DNA from: Octopus bimaculoides
Taxonomy: Eukaryota
Reading direction: 5' to 3'
DNA: 64,000 bases
NCBI RefSeq assembly: GCF_001194135.2
Contig: NC_068984.1
Location: forward strand, 102,946,901 to 103,010,900
Position 1 is the stretch's first letter; each line of letters opens with the position of its first letter. Positions 13,919 to 26,898 of this stretch are shown piece after piece. The position numbers and the translations under genes are program-made. The notes under the pieces were generated by a model. It saw only the letters and a list, made by a program, of their open reading frames with translations. It was not told the DNA's origin and did no database searches.

Positions 13919-14638
13919 GCAGTTGTAATACGAATGTTTACATATGCATACACATATACATACATGTATGTAAATATATATATATATATGTATGTACACA
14001 CACACATATACATATATAGATAGAAAGACACACTCACATATATGTGTGTATTTATACTTATACGTACCTATCACACAAATACAGATACACAAGCATGCAA
14101 TATTTCAACTCATATGTACGTTTTTGCATTTAACTACACACAGTCATGTACGCATTTCTATGTGTGTGTTTATGCGCGCATACAGGAAAGAAAATTTATC
14201 TGTTCAATACTTCACTTCCTCTTTGACAGCATAAATGGTATTCTTTTGTACAGTGCTGTATTCTTTAGGATATCGATTCTATCAGGATTCTTTTCCACAT
14301 TGCTAAAACCATTCGCTGTTGTTTAGCCCAACGCAGCAGCTCTGAGCTGATAGGCATATGATCAAAGGTTACCAGATTTATCTGTCCCATCTTTTATTCA
14401 AATAGTTTTATCTTTTATCATTTACTTCTTTCAGTCATTGGATTGTGACCATGCTGGGACACCGCCTACAAGACTTCGGTCGAACAAATATACCTCTGTA
14501 CTCATTTTTAAGCGAGGTTTTTAATCTAACGCTCTCCTGCCGAATCGCTATATTGCGGGGTCAAAATCTAACCAACAACGATTATCACAAAACAAACACA
14601 AGCACACACACACGCACGCACGCACGCACACACACACA

Positions 14639-14690
<52 letters not shown>

Positions 14691-15182
14691 NNNNNNNNNN
14701 NNNNNNNNNNNNNNNNNNNNNNNNNNNNNNNNNNNNNNNNNNNNNNNNNNNNNNNNNNNNNNNNNNNNNNNNNNNNNNNNNNNNNNNNNNNNNNNNNNNN
14801 NNNNNNNNNNNNNNNNNNNNNNNNNNNNNNNNNNNNNNNNNNNNNNNNNNNNNNNNNNNNNNNNNNNNNNNNNNNNNNNNNNNNNNNNNNNNNNNNNNNN
14901 NNNNNNNNNNNNNNNNNNNNNNNNNNNNNNNNNNNNNNNNNNNNNNNNNNNNNNNNNNNNNNNNNNNNNNNNNNNNNNNNNNNNNNNNNNNNNNNNNNNN
15001 NNNNNNNNCCAAATCACAATGTTGGAAAGTAAGCGTCTTAATACCAGAACCACAACTCTACTTATTGTGTATCTATTGACCCATTTTTTTAATGCCAAAT
15101 GCTTTTGGTTTAAGGAAGACTTAGTGATTAATTCTTTGAAAAGGTCGTGCTTTCTTCGCGTTATTGATTGGTCAGTCTTTCT

Positions 15183-15630
15183 AAGGCGGCGAGCTGGCAG
15201 AAACGTTAGCACGCCGGGAGAAATGCTTAGCAGTATTTCGTCTGTCTGTACGTTCTGAGTTCAAATTCCGCCGAGGTCGACTTTGACTCTCATCCTTTCG
15301 GGGTCGATAAATTAAGTACCAATTGCATACTGGGGGTCGATCTAATCGACTGGATCCCTCCGACAAAATTTCGGGCCTTGTGCCTAGAGTAGAAAAGAAT
15401 AATTGGTCTTTCTAAGGCGGTGTGATAGCAGAATCGTTAGCACGCCGGACAAATTGCTCAGCGTCATTTCGTCCGTCTTCTTGTTCTGAGCTCAAATTCC
15501 GCCGAGGCCGCCTTTCATCCTTTCGGGACCGATAAAATAAGTACGAGTTGATCACTGGAGTCGATGTCATTGACTTACCCCTACCCCGAAATCGCTATCC
15601 TTGTGCCAAAATTTAAAATCAATAATTGGT
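15183..15630 (+). mobile_element. Two head-to-tail SINE family A copies
   Basis: Heads at 15183 and 15414, with different 3' tails. Confidence 0.85.
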
Positions 15631-16139
15631 CTTTGCACCTAGAAATGTAATCAGTAATGATTCGGTTTCAAATAAAGATTTCACATTTCCATCTAACTCC
15701 TTTGGGAAGTACCATTGCCTGAGAAGTATGGTAATCTGCCAGAAACTGCTCAAAATGCAGTTTTGGTTTTATAGTTGAATCATTAATCCGCACCTCATGC
15801 CTTTCTCTGTCTAGTTCATCCTTCCGCTAATGTGGTACACTGCAAATAAAATTCACAGAGTTATTGTAGGCGCGCCTATGTAGTTGAATGACTTGCTAGA
15901 GACCTTGAACCATAACAAAAGAAAGGACACATTGGAGAACGGAGTTCTTCATATTTAAACAAAATGCTATATGAACGTTGAAATACTGTCCCTTTTGAGT
16001 TTTCTCGATCAGGGCTAATGTGAAGCTAAACAACAACAAGATCAACAGAATTTGTTTCATTTTATTTATAAAACTTAATTCTTTGTAAAGAACGTCACAC
16101 AATTAACTCACGACTAAATTGGCAATATCTGCAGTATAA

Positions 16140-16845
16140 TAATAAATCATACAAATTGATCGTCGTTTTCCTTATCAGGTTCATACAACGACGGTCTCCT
16201 TACCGTATTGATTTTTGGAAAATATTTCATCGGAGTTTTCTCATGATCGTTTCTGAGCAAAACATCGAAACGTTCGTGAATGCCAGTCAATAGCTTCCTC
16301 ATGAGTGGCAAACAGGATATCGGCCTGTAATTGTCTACCGTATTGCCTTTTTCGATGTTTTTCAAGCACAGCACTGTCCTACCCAATGTCAACCACTCTG
16401 GTGTTACTTGGTCGGTATTTAACAAGATGTTGGGCTGCACAGCTATTCGTGCATGACATTCACCAAATTTTTTGACCCAGTAGCTTTGAAATCCATCTGT
16501 TCCCGGGGCCTTCCAGTTGCTCATTTTTTTTCCTGATTTTCTTCACTTCCCTAACTGAAATGACTAGTTCTGCCTGTTTTGGACAGACTACTGTTTGTTT
16601 CAGTTCTTGCAACCATTCAACATCCTTCTTGTGCTCCTTGTCTTTGCTCCAGATGTCACTCTAAAACTTTGACTTTCATTGTTATCTGTTATTAACTTTT
16701 CATCTGTACACGCTCCATTTATTTCTTTATAGAATCTCTTCTAATCTACTCTGAATAACCTATTCTGCTCGTAACCCTGCACTCTTTGGTCGTATCTAAC
16801 CATCTTTGCTTTCTTTGCAACGAGGCACTGTTTCAGTTCCTACAT
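16140..16845 (-). mobile_element. R4/Dong-clade RT N-terminal fragment, bordered by (TAA)n at 16845-16978
   Basis: [51 protein letters not shown], homologous to the 4342-4836 ORF. Confidence 0.85.
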
Positions 16846-16886
16846 TATTGTTATTATTATTATCATTATTATCATTATTATTATTA

Positions 16887-16979
<93 letters not shown>

Positions 16980-17866
16980 GTTCCACATATACAAAAACAT
17001 CCATACCAACAATCCAACATACCTCCATCATCAGCTGCCCAACAGTCATCATCATGGTTTCGACACCTCGGCAGTACAATTCAATCTGACAGTGTCAACT
17101 GCACTAAAATAAGTGTTGTTTGGGAACTAACAAACCAAAAAAACCACAACGTTCAAACACATTTACCCTATGTACAACCGTATCGGTCAATAAATTCAAT
17201 AAGTAAATTACAACCAACTCCTAAATACGTAACTAAACAGCGATCAATCCATTAAGTCATACAAAAATTATAATCCCTACCATCTTCCATATTATAATAT
17301 AAAAGTGAAAGCTTAATAACCACATTCATTTGATCAATCAATTTTTAAGCAGGATTAAACACCAACTTTAATAAAACTACAACAAAAAACATATGAACCA
17401 ATGTACATTGCATCGGTATTAATGGTAAACTGCAATAACAAAATTATATGCTAAATCACGACCAATCTTTAAGTCTATACAAATAATAATCCCATCAGTC
17501 TTCCATAGTTACTACTATAATAAAAGCTTTATATAAATCTCTCCAAAACAAAACAAATACGATTGAAATTAATTTAACTAATAATATAATAATTATGAGT
17601 GAAATACATTATTTCATCATCAAACGTTAATAGTAAAATACTACATACTACATACACATTAATATCTCTCTCTCTCCCTATATATATATGAAAAATTAAT
17701 ATAAAGAGCCAAGCGCAATGTGTTACCATAAAGAAAAAATTCAGTCGTCACTAAATGTGACTAAGGGTGCCACATACATTGCTAAAAATAAGAGTTAAAA
17801 TACTCTTAATGGTATAGAAAGTGCGCAAATGTATACATGCTAACAGGGGTTGTAACCCATCACCGA

Positions 17867-17938
17867 CACGAGAATTACTCAGACTAAACAATTAGTTTCT
17901 CCTATTTCCGCATGCTTCGTCAGTGAGGACAGTTCGTG
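17867..17938 (-). ncRNA. Type I hammerhead ribozyme-like fold, probably decayed in stem II
   Basis: Minus strand reads CACGA-actgtc-CTCA-CTGACGA-agcatgcggaaatagga-GAAAC-TAA-ttgt-TTAG-TC-TGAG-taattc-TCGTG: intact core, 5-bp stem III ending in GUC, 4-bp proximal plus 5-bp distal stem I. Confidence 0.65.
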
Positions 17939-18116
17939 CGGCAGATTTCGGGCAATTCCGTCTGTCAGCAAATATGTATTTACCATAGAAATCTATGAAT
18001 GATTTAGCGGAATGCTAATGCGTATACAAAAAATTAATATAAACAGTTAATTGCAATGTGTTACTATAAAGGAAAAATCCAATTGTCACTAAATGTGACT
18101 AATGGTGCCTAGACAC

Positions 18117-18200
<84 letters not shown>

Positions 18201-18225
18201 ACACACACACACAGATAGATAAATC

Positions 18226-18268
<43 letters not shown>

Positions 18269-18320
18269 TTTTGTGTGTGTTGGGGTGGGTGTGTACGTAT
18301 GAAATTAATTACGTCTAAAA

Positions 18321-18734
18321 CAAGGGTTCCCAACGGGTGGCCCCCGACACCCTGGGGTGTCGTGTAGTAGCTTGGGATAATATTAATTTCTACTTTCCAA
18401 TTACATTTTTCATGCTCTTACCTATTTTTTGCATTTGTTTCATTGAAAAACAATGCGTGTTACAGCGAGTCAATGTCATTACTTAACATTGGAGGTGTCT
18501 GTATGCGTGCCTGTGCGTGTATATGCCTGTGTGAATGTGCATGTGTATCAGCAAGTGTCTGTATGTGTCTGCACTAGAGAGTATGTGAGCGTATGCGCAT
18601 GTACGTATGCTTGAGTGTTTGTTTAGCTGTGCTTAAGCATGTGCGCTCAGTTACTCGTAGTGCTGTAGCGCGTCCCGTGTGTGTGTGTGGGTGTGTGTGT
18701 GTGTGTGTGTGTGTGCCTGTGCCTGTGCGCGCGC

Positions 18735-18824
<90 letters not shown>

Positions 18825-19983
18825 ATGTGTGCGCGCGCTGGTGACACGTGAGTCGCATACCGTCACTGATTGGTCGATTGGTAATGCAAAGACATGAATT
18901 CTGACCACGAAGTCCTTTCTACACAGTAGTACGTTGGTTATCGAAAAGGAACGTTGATAATCGTGTCTTCAAGATGGAAGATGAAATAAACCTATTCCTG
19001 AATGCTTAAGAAAAGAAAGATCTTGTAGCTCACTTCGAAGATGAAGCACAGAACAAAAGGGTTGCGTACCTCGCCGACATTTTCGACCAGCTGAACAAGT
19101 TAAATTTGAAGTTTCAAGGAAGGGAAGCGCATATTCTCCTTTTTCAAGATAATCTCCGGGCCTTTGTTTCCAAACTGCAGAACTGGCATCGGAAAACCAA
19201 TCTTGGAAACATCGCTATGATCAAAAAACTTTATGGAATGATGGATGGGTCTCGGGTCCAACTGGATCAGTTCCGCAAGGATGAGATTACTGAACATCGT
19301 CAGTCTCTAGAAGAGGAAATTTGAGCGATACTTCCCTGAGCTATCAGAAGAACAGGAGACCCTGGTAACGAACCCATTTTGTACTGCACTTGATGTATCC
19401 AGCATCCCAAATGAGATGCAATAAGAAGTTCTGGATCTAAGAAACGACTCCCCAGCTCGTGATCCCTTCAAGTTGAAATCGGTGACTCAGTTCTGGTGCG
19501 CTATGTATCAGTCATGATAGCACTACGCGTCCTTGTTCCATTTGCTTCTTCCATTTGCTTCTTCCATTTGTGAGGCAGGATTTTCAACTGTTGTCAATAT
19601 AAAAACGAAGAATAGGAACAGATTGGATGTTGAAGATGACATGAGACCGGTTCTAACAAACGCTCGGCCACGAATTCCAAGGCTTGTTGTTTAAATACAA
19701 CATCACGCATCTCACTAGCTAGGCTCGATAGTTGTTCAAACCTATGTTGATATTATTGTAAGAATAATTGTGGTCTTTTTGTGAATTAAGGTTGGACCAG
19801 TGTTGTGATTTAGTTTACTAATAAATAATTACCGGATTCTTGAATAAATTCTTTATTAGATGTTTCTTTCACTCCTCTTCACAGAAAATAAAATGTAAAT
19901 CAAGCTGCTGATAGTAGTGGGGTCGCGGGGGTTTCAAGCTTTTGGGTAAGGGGTCGCGAGTGTCAAAACGTTGGAAACCGCTG
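18321..19983 (+). mobile_element. hAT (Buster/Charlie-type) DNA transposon, internally deleted, transposase pseudogene at ~18905-19716
   Basis: TIRs CAAGGGTTCCCAACG / CAGCGGTTTCCAACG(rc); 8-bp TSD GTCTAAAA (18313-20) / GTCAAAAA (19984-91); translation VRWLSK..VAYLADIFDQLNKLNLKFQG..CEAGFSTVVNIKTKNRNRLDVEDDMR. Confidence 0.9.
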
Positions 19984-20120
19984 GTCAAAAAGATGCCTCT
20001 CCATTCGCCTTTGGTGAATGTAGTTTCATCTAGAATTTGGTGTAAACAGACAGTAATCGACCCTGAAACGTAATACCATCCTGTTGGTGGGTCAGCAGAG
20101 GTATGTGTGAATGTATGCAT

Positions 20121-20152
<32 letters not shown>

Positions 20153-20304
20153 AAGAGGGAGAGAGAGAGAGAGTGAGAGAGAGAGAGATAGAGAGAGAGA
20201 GAGTGAGAGAGAGTGAGAGAGAGTGAGAGAGAGAGAGGGTGAGTGAGAGAGAGAAAGAGCGTATGTATGTAAATTCCGCTTACAGTAAAAATACGTTACA
20301 ACAA

Positions 20305-20575
20305 CCAGAATGAAAACATTAATATCAACACGACGCTACAATGCCACACATAACGCACAATGCTGCACAATGCATTTCATAACATACAAATTTCTATGCA
20401 GACGGGAAAATTGTAAACTTCGTTGCTCAAAATGTTACACGAAACACACCACTACAGTTTCTCGCCGATTGAACATTATTTGCTACAAGGAGCTATTACA
20501 TCACTTTTCAATAGACAATAGTAAGCTTAACCAGAAAGAAAAAATTATTAATAATACTACAGCCCATATATAATT
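20305..20575 (+). mobile_element. Penelope-like GIY-YIG endonuclease remnant
   Basis: YKFLCRRENCKLR...HTTTVSRRL resembles the PLE 'C....C....YIG.TTTTLSRRL' motif. Confidence 0.55.
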
Positions 20576-20782
20576 TCTTAAAAAGAAATTGGAAATTAGT
20601 TATGCAAGTGTTGTTAAAGGCAGCAAAAATTATATATATTTCATACGTGGAATTTGTTAACATAGAGTTAACAGTTTAAATTATTTAAGATCGGTGACGA
20701 TGATTTTGTTGGTTGGAATATAATTCCATTGATTTTTGTTGCCTACTGCAAAAGAAAATGGAACATTGGTATATTTGTGTGG

Positions 20783-21341
20783 TAAGAAAATGGCATGATC
20801 CCGCTAACCCACCCTCCCTATTCACCAGATTTTGCTCCCTGCAACTTTATTTTGTTCCCCCAAATGAAAAAAAATCCTTAAAGGAAAACGTCTTGCAGAT
20901 ATGGAAGAGGTGAAGAAGAAATGACGGAGGCGTTAAAAAGCATCACGTTGCAAGAGTTCCAACACTGCTTCGAACAGTGGAAAACGCCTTTGGGCCGAGG
21001 CATTGCTTCAAATGGAAAATACTTTGAAGGCGATAAAAATGTAAACATCAACCATAGCGAGGGACATTCCACAGTTGAATTAGAACAGTCACAAACAGTG
21101 AAAGAAGACACGCACCCAAACACCAGAGCTGAAGACACCTCCGAAAGGAGGGGCACCGCCACGTCAAAACGGTAGAGGAGTAGGGGCCGAAACCGGACGT
21201 GGTTCCTCCTGATGATGTATTGAGCTAACTGGATCCTATAAAGGAGCTGTTGTGGTAGCAGACCACGAAACATGGTTGAAATTCCTCAGAAGTGGATAGA
21301 ATAATATTGCAACATTCCGGTTTCTTTTGGGTACACTCTCA
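20783..21341 (+). mobile_element. mariner transposon 3' end, interrupted by a 219-bp insertion
   Basis: THPPYSPDFAPCNF..ITLQEFQHCFEQWK..IASNGKYFEGDK; right TIR (rc) TA-TGAGAGTGTACCCAAAAGAAACCGG. Confidence 0.85.
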
Positions 21342-22104
21342 TATATGCATGTGTGTTTATGTATAAAACATTTATGCCTCTGTTCTACGCACGTGTGTAG
21401 CACGTGTGTAAGTACTTGTGTGTCACTTTTCTGACTTTGTGGATACACATCATTTATTCACCATGTGTAGTGCTTCATTTATGTTTCTATATGTCTTCGT
21501 GCGATTTCATATTTGTGAATATATGTGATTATACGTGTTTGAGAGAGCTGGCGCTATCCTCAATTTTTATATCGAATTATCGGCCAGAAACGTCATACAC
21601 AAAAAGAAAACATTTCGGTGGAAGGAAACGAGTGGATGATAGTTAATCAATAATTTGAAAATGTGAATATATTTTGAATTATAAATCAGGTATAGAGTCG
21701 CTGTTTTGTAAATAAATTGTATGTATCTAAATATATTAATCTTGCACACGAAAATACAAACACGCAGCTGAAAATACATACAAACATGATTTATAAATAC
21801 ATGAATCATATACAGTTGTGTTTAATGAAGTAATATAGATAAACATACACATGTATATACATCATATAGCATGTTTCTGTGAGTCTGTATGCATGCATGT
21901 GCGTGCATTATATTAAAAACGAAATTATGTTCGAATTTAAGCTTTTTCAATAATGAATTTCCCTGTTTTTTAATAGGCCTATGCATATAGTTTCAAACAA
22001 TAACGTACCTAGCTCCATTAATGTTTCTACACCTTTTCGTTCTCATTTCCTAAATGATGTGTTGATGGTGGTCGTGTTATTTATTTCGTGGTGATGTGTT
22101 TTAT

Positions 22105-22490
22105 CTTTTTACTTGTTTTGGTCGTTGAAATGAGACCATGCTGGAGTACCACATAGGAGAGTTTTAGTTGACCAAACCGACCTTAGTACTCGATTTTTAA
22201 AGTTTTGTACTTATACCATAGGGTTTTTTGATAAGCAGCTACCTTACGGGGATGGAAAGAAACCGACACTAGTTTCCAAGTGGTGTGGGGACTGACTCAT
22301 ACACAAGGACACACACACATGCATATATTTATATGCGGGCTTCTATCAGTTTCCGTCTTCCAAATCCACTCACTGGGCTTTGGTCGCCCTGAGGTTATAG
22401 TTGAAGATGCTTGCCCAAAATACCACGCAGTGGGACTGAACCTAGAACCATGTGGTTGGGAAGTAAGCTTCTTACCACACAGCCACGCCA
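22105..22490 (-). mobile_element. SINE family B
   Basis: Reverse complement of the family B head (22490) through its tail. Confidence 0.8.
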
Positions 22491-22581
22491 ATAATTCTCT
22501 CTCTCTTTCTTTCTTTCAGTCTTTCTTTTTTCTTTCTTTCTTTCTTTTTTCTTTCTTTCTTTCTCTCTCTCACTCTCTCTC

Positions 22582-22617
<36 letters not shown>

Positions 22618-22642
22618 ATCGGTGAAGCTCGTAGTCGATAAA

Positions 22643-22897
22643 CTATAAAGAACAGCGTGTAAATATTGGTTGGATAAAAAACGTTGAAGGCTGTGCGTAG
22701 GACTTTAACCCACACCTTCTGTAAACATGACAGGCGTTCTATCATTAGACCAAAACAATCATTCAAATTTGTTTATTTAATTTAGAAACTTTATTCTTAC
22801 CAGCAAGAACTGTAGTGGGTTCGAGGCCTACGGGTAGTCTTTGATTTTACTATCCAAGGGTTTTTTTTATCCAATATCTACACGCCATTATTTATAG
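22643..22897. mobile_element. MITE with ~38-bp imperfect TIRs
   Basis: CTATAAAGAACAGCGTGTAAATATTGG..GGATAAAAAA versus the rc of the right end CTATAAATAATGGCGTGTAGATATTGGATAAAAAA. Confidence 0.65.
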
Positions 22898-23271
22898 CTA
22901 TAGCCTTATCTGCTTCGAGTTTCACCGTCCCAAAATAGGAATTATTTAAATTTCACTCAAAGGTTATGAACTCTTATGACATCAGCGATATGTATATATA
23001 AACTGCTCATCTAGCTGTAGGAAATCTCCCTATCGTAAATATGTAATATTTTTTTTAAAAGTGAAAGATTGTAATTCATTCATTCCGTTTGTTTTTTACA
23101 TAGAGGCCGATCATAACCCCTACATGGATATCTAAATTGTGGTTGGGATTACCTTGTGTAATTAGCTTGATTAGAGAAATTAAGCTGTGCTTTGCGAAGT
23201 GCAGTTATACCTAGTTATCCCCATACGCGTACACACGCGCTCGCGCGCGCATACATTTTATTTCTCTCCCG

Positions 23272-23319
<48 letters not shown>

Positions 23320-23404
23320 TACACACACAAACATACATGCACATTAACACAGAGATACAGACATATATAGAGAGACACAAAGAGATGGCGATAAAAATTA
23401 TACA

Positions 23405-23550
23405 TAGGTGCATGTGCTTACCAACTACATGGTTCCGGGTTCAGTCCCGCTGCATGGCACCTTAGGCAAGTGTCTTCTACTATAACCTCGGGCCGACCAA
23501 AACCTTGTGAGTGGATTTGGTAGATAGAAACTAAAAGAAACCCGTCGTAT

Positions 23551-23649
<99 letters not shown>

Positions 23650-23650
23650 N
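23405..23650 (+). mobile_element. SINE family B 5' half, then microsatellite and gap
   Basis: GCTTACCAACTACATGGTTCCGGGTTCAGTCCCGCTGC...GAAACCCGTCGTATACACAC. Confidence 0.8.
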
Positions 23651-25041
23651 NNNNNNNNNNNNNNNNNNNNNNNNNNNNNNNNNNNNNNNNNNNNNNNNNN
23701 NNNNNNNNNNNNNNNNNNNNNNNNNNNNNNNNNNNNNNNNNNNNNNNNNNNNNNNNNNNNNNNNNNNNNNNNNNNNNNNNNNNNNNNNNNNNNNNNNNNN
23801 NNNNNNNNNNNNNNNNNNNNNNNNNNNNNNNNNNNNNNNNNNNNNNNNNNNNNNNNNNNNNNNNNNNNNNNNNNNNNNNNNNNNNNNNNNNNNNNNNNNN
23901 NNNNNNNNNNNNNNNNNNNNNNNNNNNNNNNNNNNNNNNNNNNNNNNNNNNNNNNNNNNNNNNNNNNNNNNNNNNNNNNNNNNNNNNNNNNNNNNNNNNN
24001 NNNNNNNNNNNNNNNNNNNNNNNNNNNNNNNNNNNNNNNNNNNNNNNNNNNNNNNNNNNNNNNNNNNNNNNNNNNNNNNNNNNNNNNNNNNNNNNNNNNN
24101 NNNNNNNNNNNNNNNNNNNNNNNNNNNNNNNNNNNNNNNNNNNNNNNNNNNNNNNNNNNNNNNNNNNNNNNNNNNNNNNNNNNNNNNNNNNNNNNNNNNN
24201 NNNNNNNNNNNNNNNNNNNNNNNNNNNNNNNNNNNNNNNNNNNNNNNNNNNNNNNNNNNNNNNNNNNNNNNNNNNNNNNNNNNNNNNNNNNNNNNNNNNN
24301 NNNNNNNNNNNNNNNNNNNNNNNNNNNNNNNNNNNNNNNNNNNNNNNNNNNNNNNNNNNNNNNNNNNNNNNNNNNNNNNNNNNNNNNNNNNNNNNNNNNN
24401 NNNNNNNNNNNNNNNNNNNNNNNNNNNNNNNNNNNNNNNNNNNNNNNNNNNNNNNNNNNNNTATATATGCTCACACATGCGTGCGTGCGCATGTAATCAT
24501 ATGCGGATAATTTTGCGAGTGCGTACTGGTTGAAGAGAAGGCGTGTATATTTTCTAGTAGATATCTAAGGCGCTTAAAACCGATTCGGTTCTTGTAATAC
24601 TAAATAACAATCTTTCTATTGGTCCATAATCATAATCTTTTCGTATAAGAAGTTCTCTTGAGGATTTACTTCATTAGATAAGAACATACAATTCGAAGAT
24701 GGAGAATTCTTTTATTTTTACGTTGTGTTTTTTTTTCCCCCTTATGTTTATACAAGACAAACTATTTTATTGATATTGCCGTCTCTTGACTGTCCACGAC
24801 TCCAAGTGTGCTTTTCAATTCGATTTTCTCCTTAGGACATTTATGATTGTGTGTGTGTGTGTGTGTGTTTGTGTGTGCATGCGTGAGTGTGTGTGTGTGC
24901 GTGTTTGTGAGTGTGTGTGTGCACGCGTGCGTGTGTGTGTATGTGTATGTACATATAGGTATGCGTATATATTCTTTTACTTCTTTAAGTCATTTTGACT
25001 GCGACCAAATATATACACACACACACACAAACAAACACACA

Positions 25042-25104
<63 letters not shown>

Positions 25105-25314
25105 TTCTCAACATTTGTTGCCATACGTGTCCTATGAGTCTTTGTTTACCTATCTATCTATTTATCTATCTATGTCTCTCTCTCTCTATCNNNNNNNNNN
25201 NNNNNNNNNNNNNNNNNNNNNNNNNNNNNNNNNNNNTCTCTCTCTCCATCGGTATTTGCAAATATATTTAACTCTCCAGCTTTCAGCATTTATCTTTCTA
25301 TCTCACCCTGTAAA

Positions 25315-25383
<69 letters not shown>

Positions 25384-25994
25384 AATGTGGGTTGTGTATT
25401 TGCTAGTGCTTAATAATTGAACTATTGCTTTCTGTGATGATGTCGCCTCTATCATACGTCCCTTGGAGCAGCTTACTGCCTTCATGGCTGTAGTATTTGC
25501 TGACTGTCTCACTGGATATCAGTCTTTTAAATGCTCTGATGCCAAATATTTACACGATTCTTTCATACAAGGAATATATTACACATTATATTGAAGCAAA
25601 TTTCCATAATTCTTTTGAAAATGTCATATTTTATTGCATCGTTCCCCTGGGTTATGAAAATACATAACGATGTATAGATACTCGATAACAAACCGAACAA
25701 ATATCCAAAACAAAACCTCGTGAACTCTACCCTAAACTACCGCAGAGAAATATTGCAATCGATGGTGCCAACAAGATATCTATATTACAATGAGTTCTTC
25801 CTAAAATAACTCGAAGACTTACGTGTGGTAATGTGGTAATTCCATTATCACCTATTTGGTTTCCATAAAGAAATCGTTCCCAAACACGAATCTAACAACT
25901 GAACAGAAATACTAAAAACTGGAATTTGTTTGTCTGCTCTTCTAATATCTCATACTAGTCCTCAACAATATATTTAGCAATAATCCTTTCTAGC

Positions 25995-26134
25995 GAGGGC
26001 GGCGAACTGGCAGAATCATTAATAAACCGGGCAAAATTCGTAGCGGCATTTCGTTCGTTTTTGTATCCTTAGTCCAAATTCCGCCGAGGTCGACTTTGCC
26101 CTTTATCCTTTGCGATCGGGAAAATAAGTACCAG
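25995..26134 (+). mobile_element. SINE family A 5' portion, fused to a Dong 3' end
   Basis: GGCGGCGAACTGGCAGAATC...CAAATTCCGCCGAGGTCGACTTTGCC...AATAAGTACCAG, then LINE sequence begins directly. Confidence 0.85.
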
Positions 26135-26898
26135 CAGATTTGAGGTGATTTGAAGCATACCACCCAAAGCCTTATCATTGCTGCACAAGACCAGGCTCTC
26201 ACTACCAATTCAGTTAAGTATAACATCTATAAAACTTCTGACTCCCAGAAATGCAGACTCTGTGGAAAGAGTGTGGAAAATGTGACTCACTTGGTAAGTG
26301 GATATGAGAGCTTTGCGCAAAAGGAATACAAACGCCGCCACGACAAAGTGTGTGTATCTTCATTGGCTCTTATGTTGTAAATACCATTATGAAGTAACAG
26401 AGAACTGGTATGAGCATGTACCAAGTAAAGTTATGCAGGAGGATGAAAAAGTAACAATACACTGGGACTATGATTTCAGACGGATCGTGTAATCGAACAC
26501 CGTTGGCCGGATATTGCCATATTGAATAAGAGAGATAAATACTGTCAGATCATTGATGGAGCCATACCAAATGATATGAATGTTGAGAAAAGAGGTTGAA
26601 AAAATCCCCAAGTACTCCGAATTGAAAGTGGAAATGGGAAGACTGTATGAAATGCAAGAGGGTAATGTAAAAGTGATACCAGTGGTGATCGGTGCGTTGG
26701 GCTCAATCCCATTGAAATTTCAAGACTTCTTAAGGCAACTGGAAATCCCATGCAAGATTGATGTCTTGCAAAAAGCAGCCTTATTGGGCACAGCGCACAT
26801 CTTAAGGAAAGTATTATCTGTCTGAGGTCCTTGTTGTGACTTGACAGAAGACTAAAGATTCCCGTGCATTTTTACCTACACTGTGGTGTTACGAAGGA

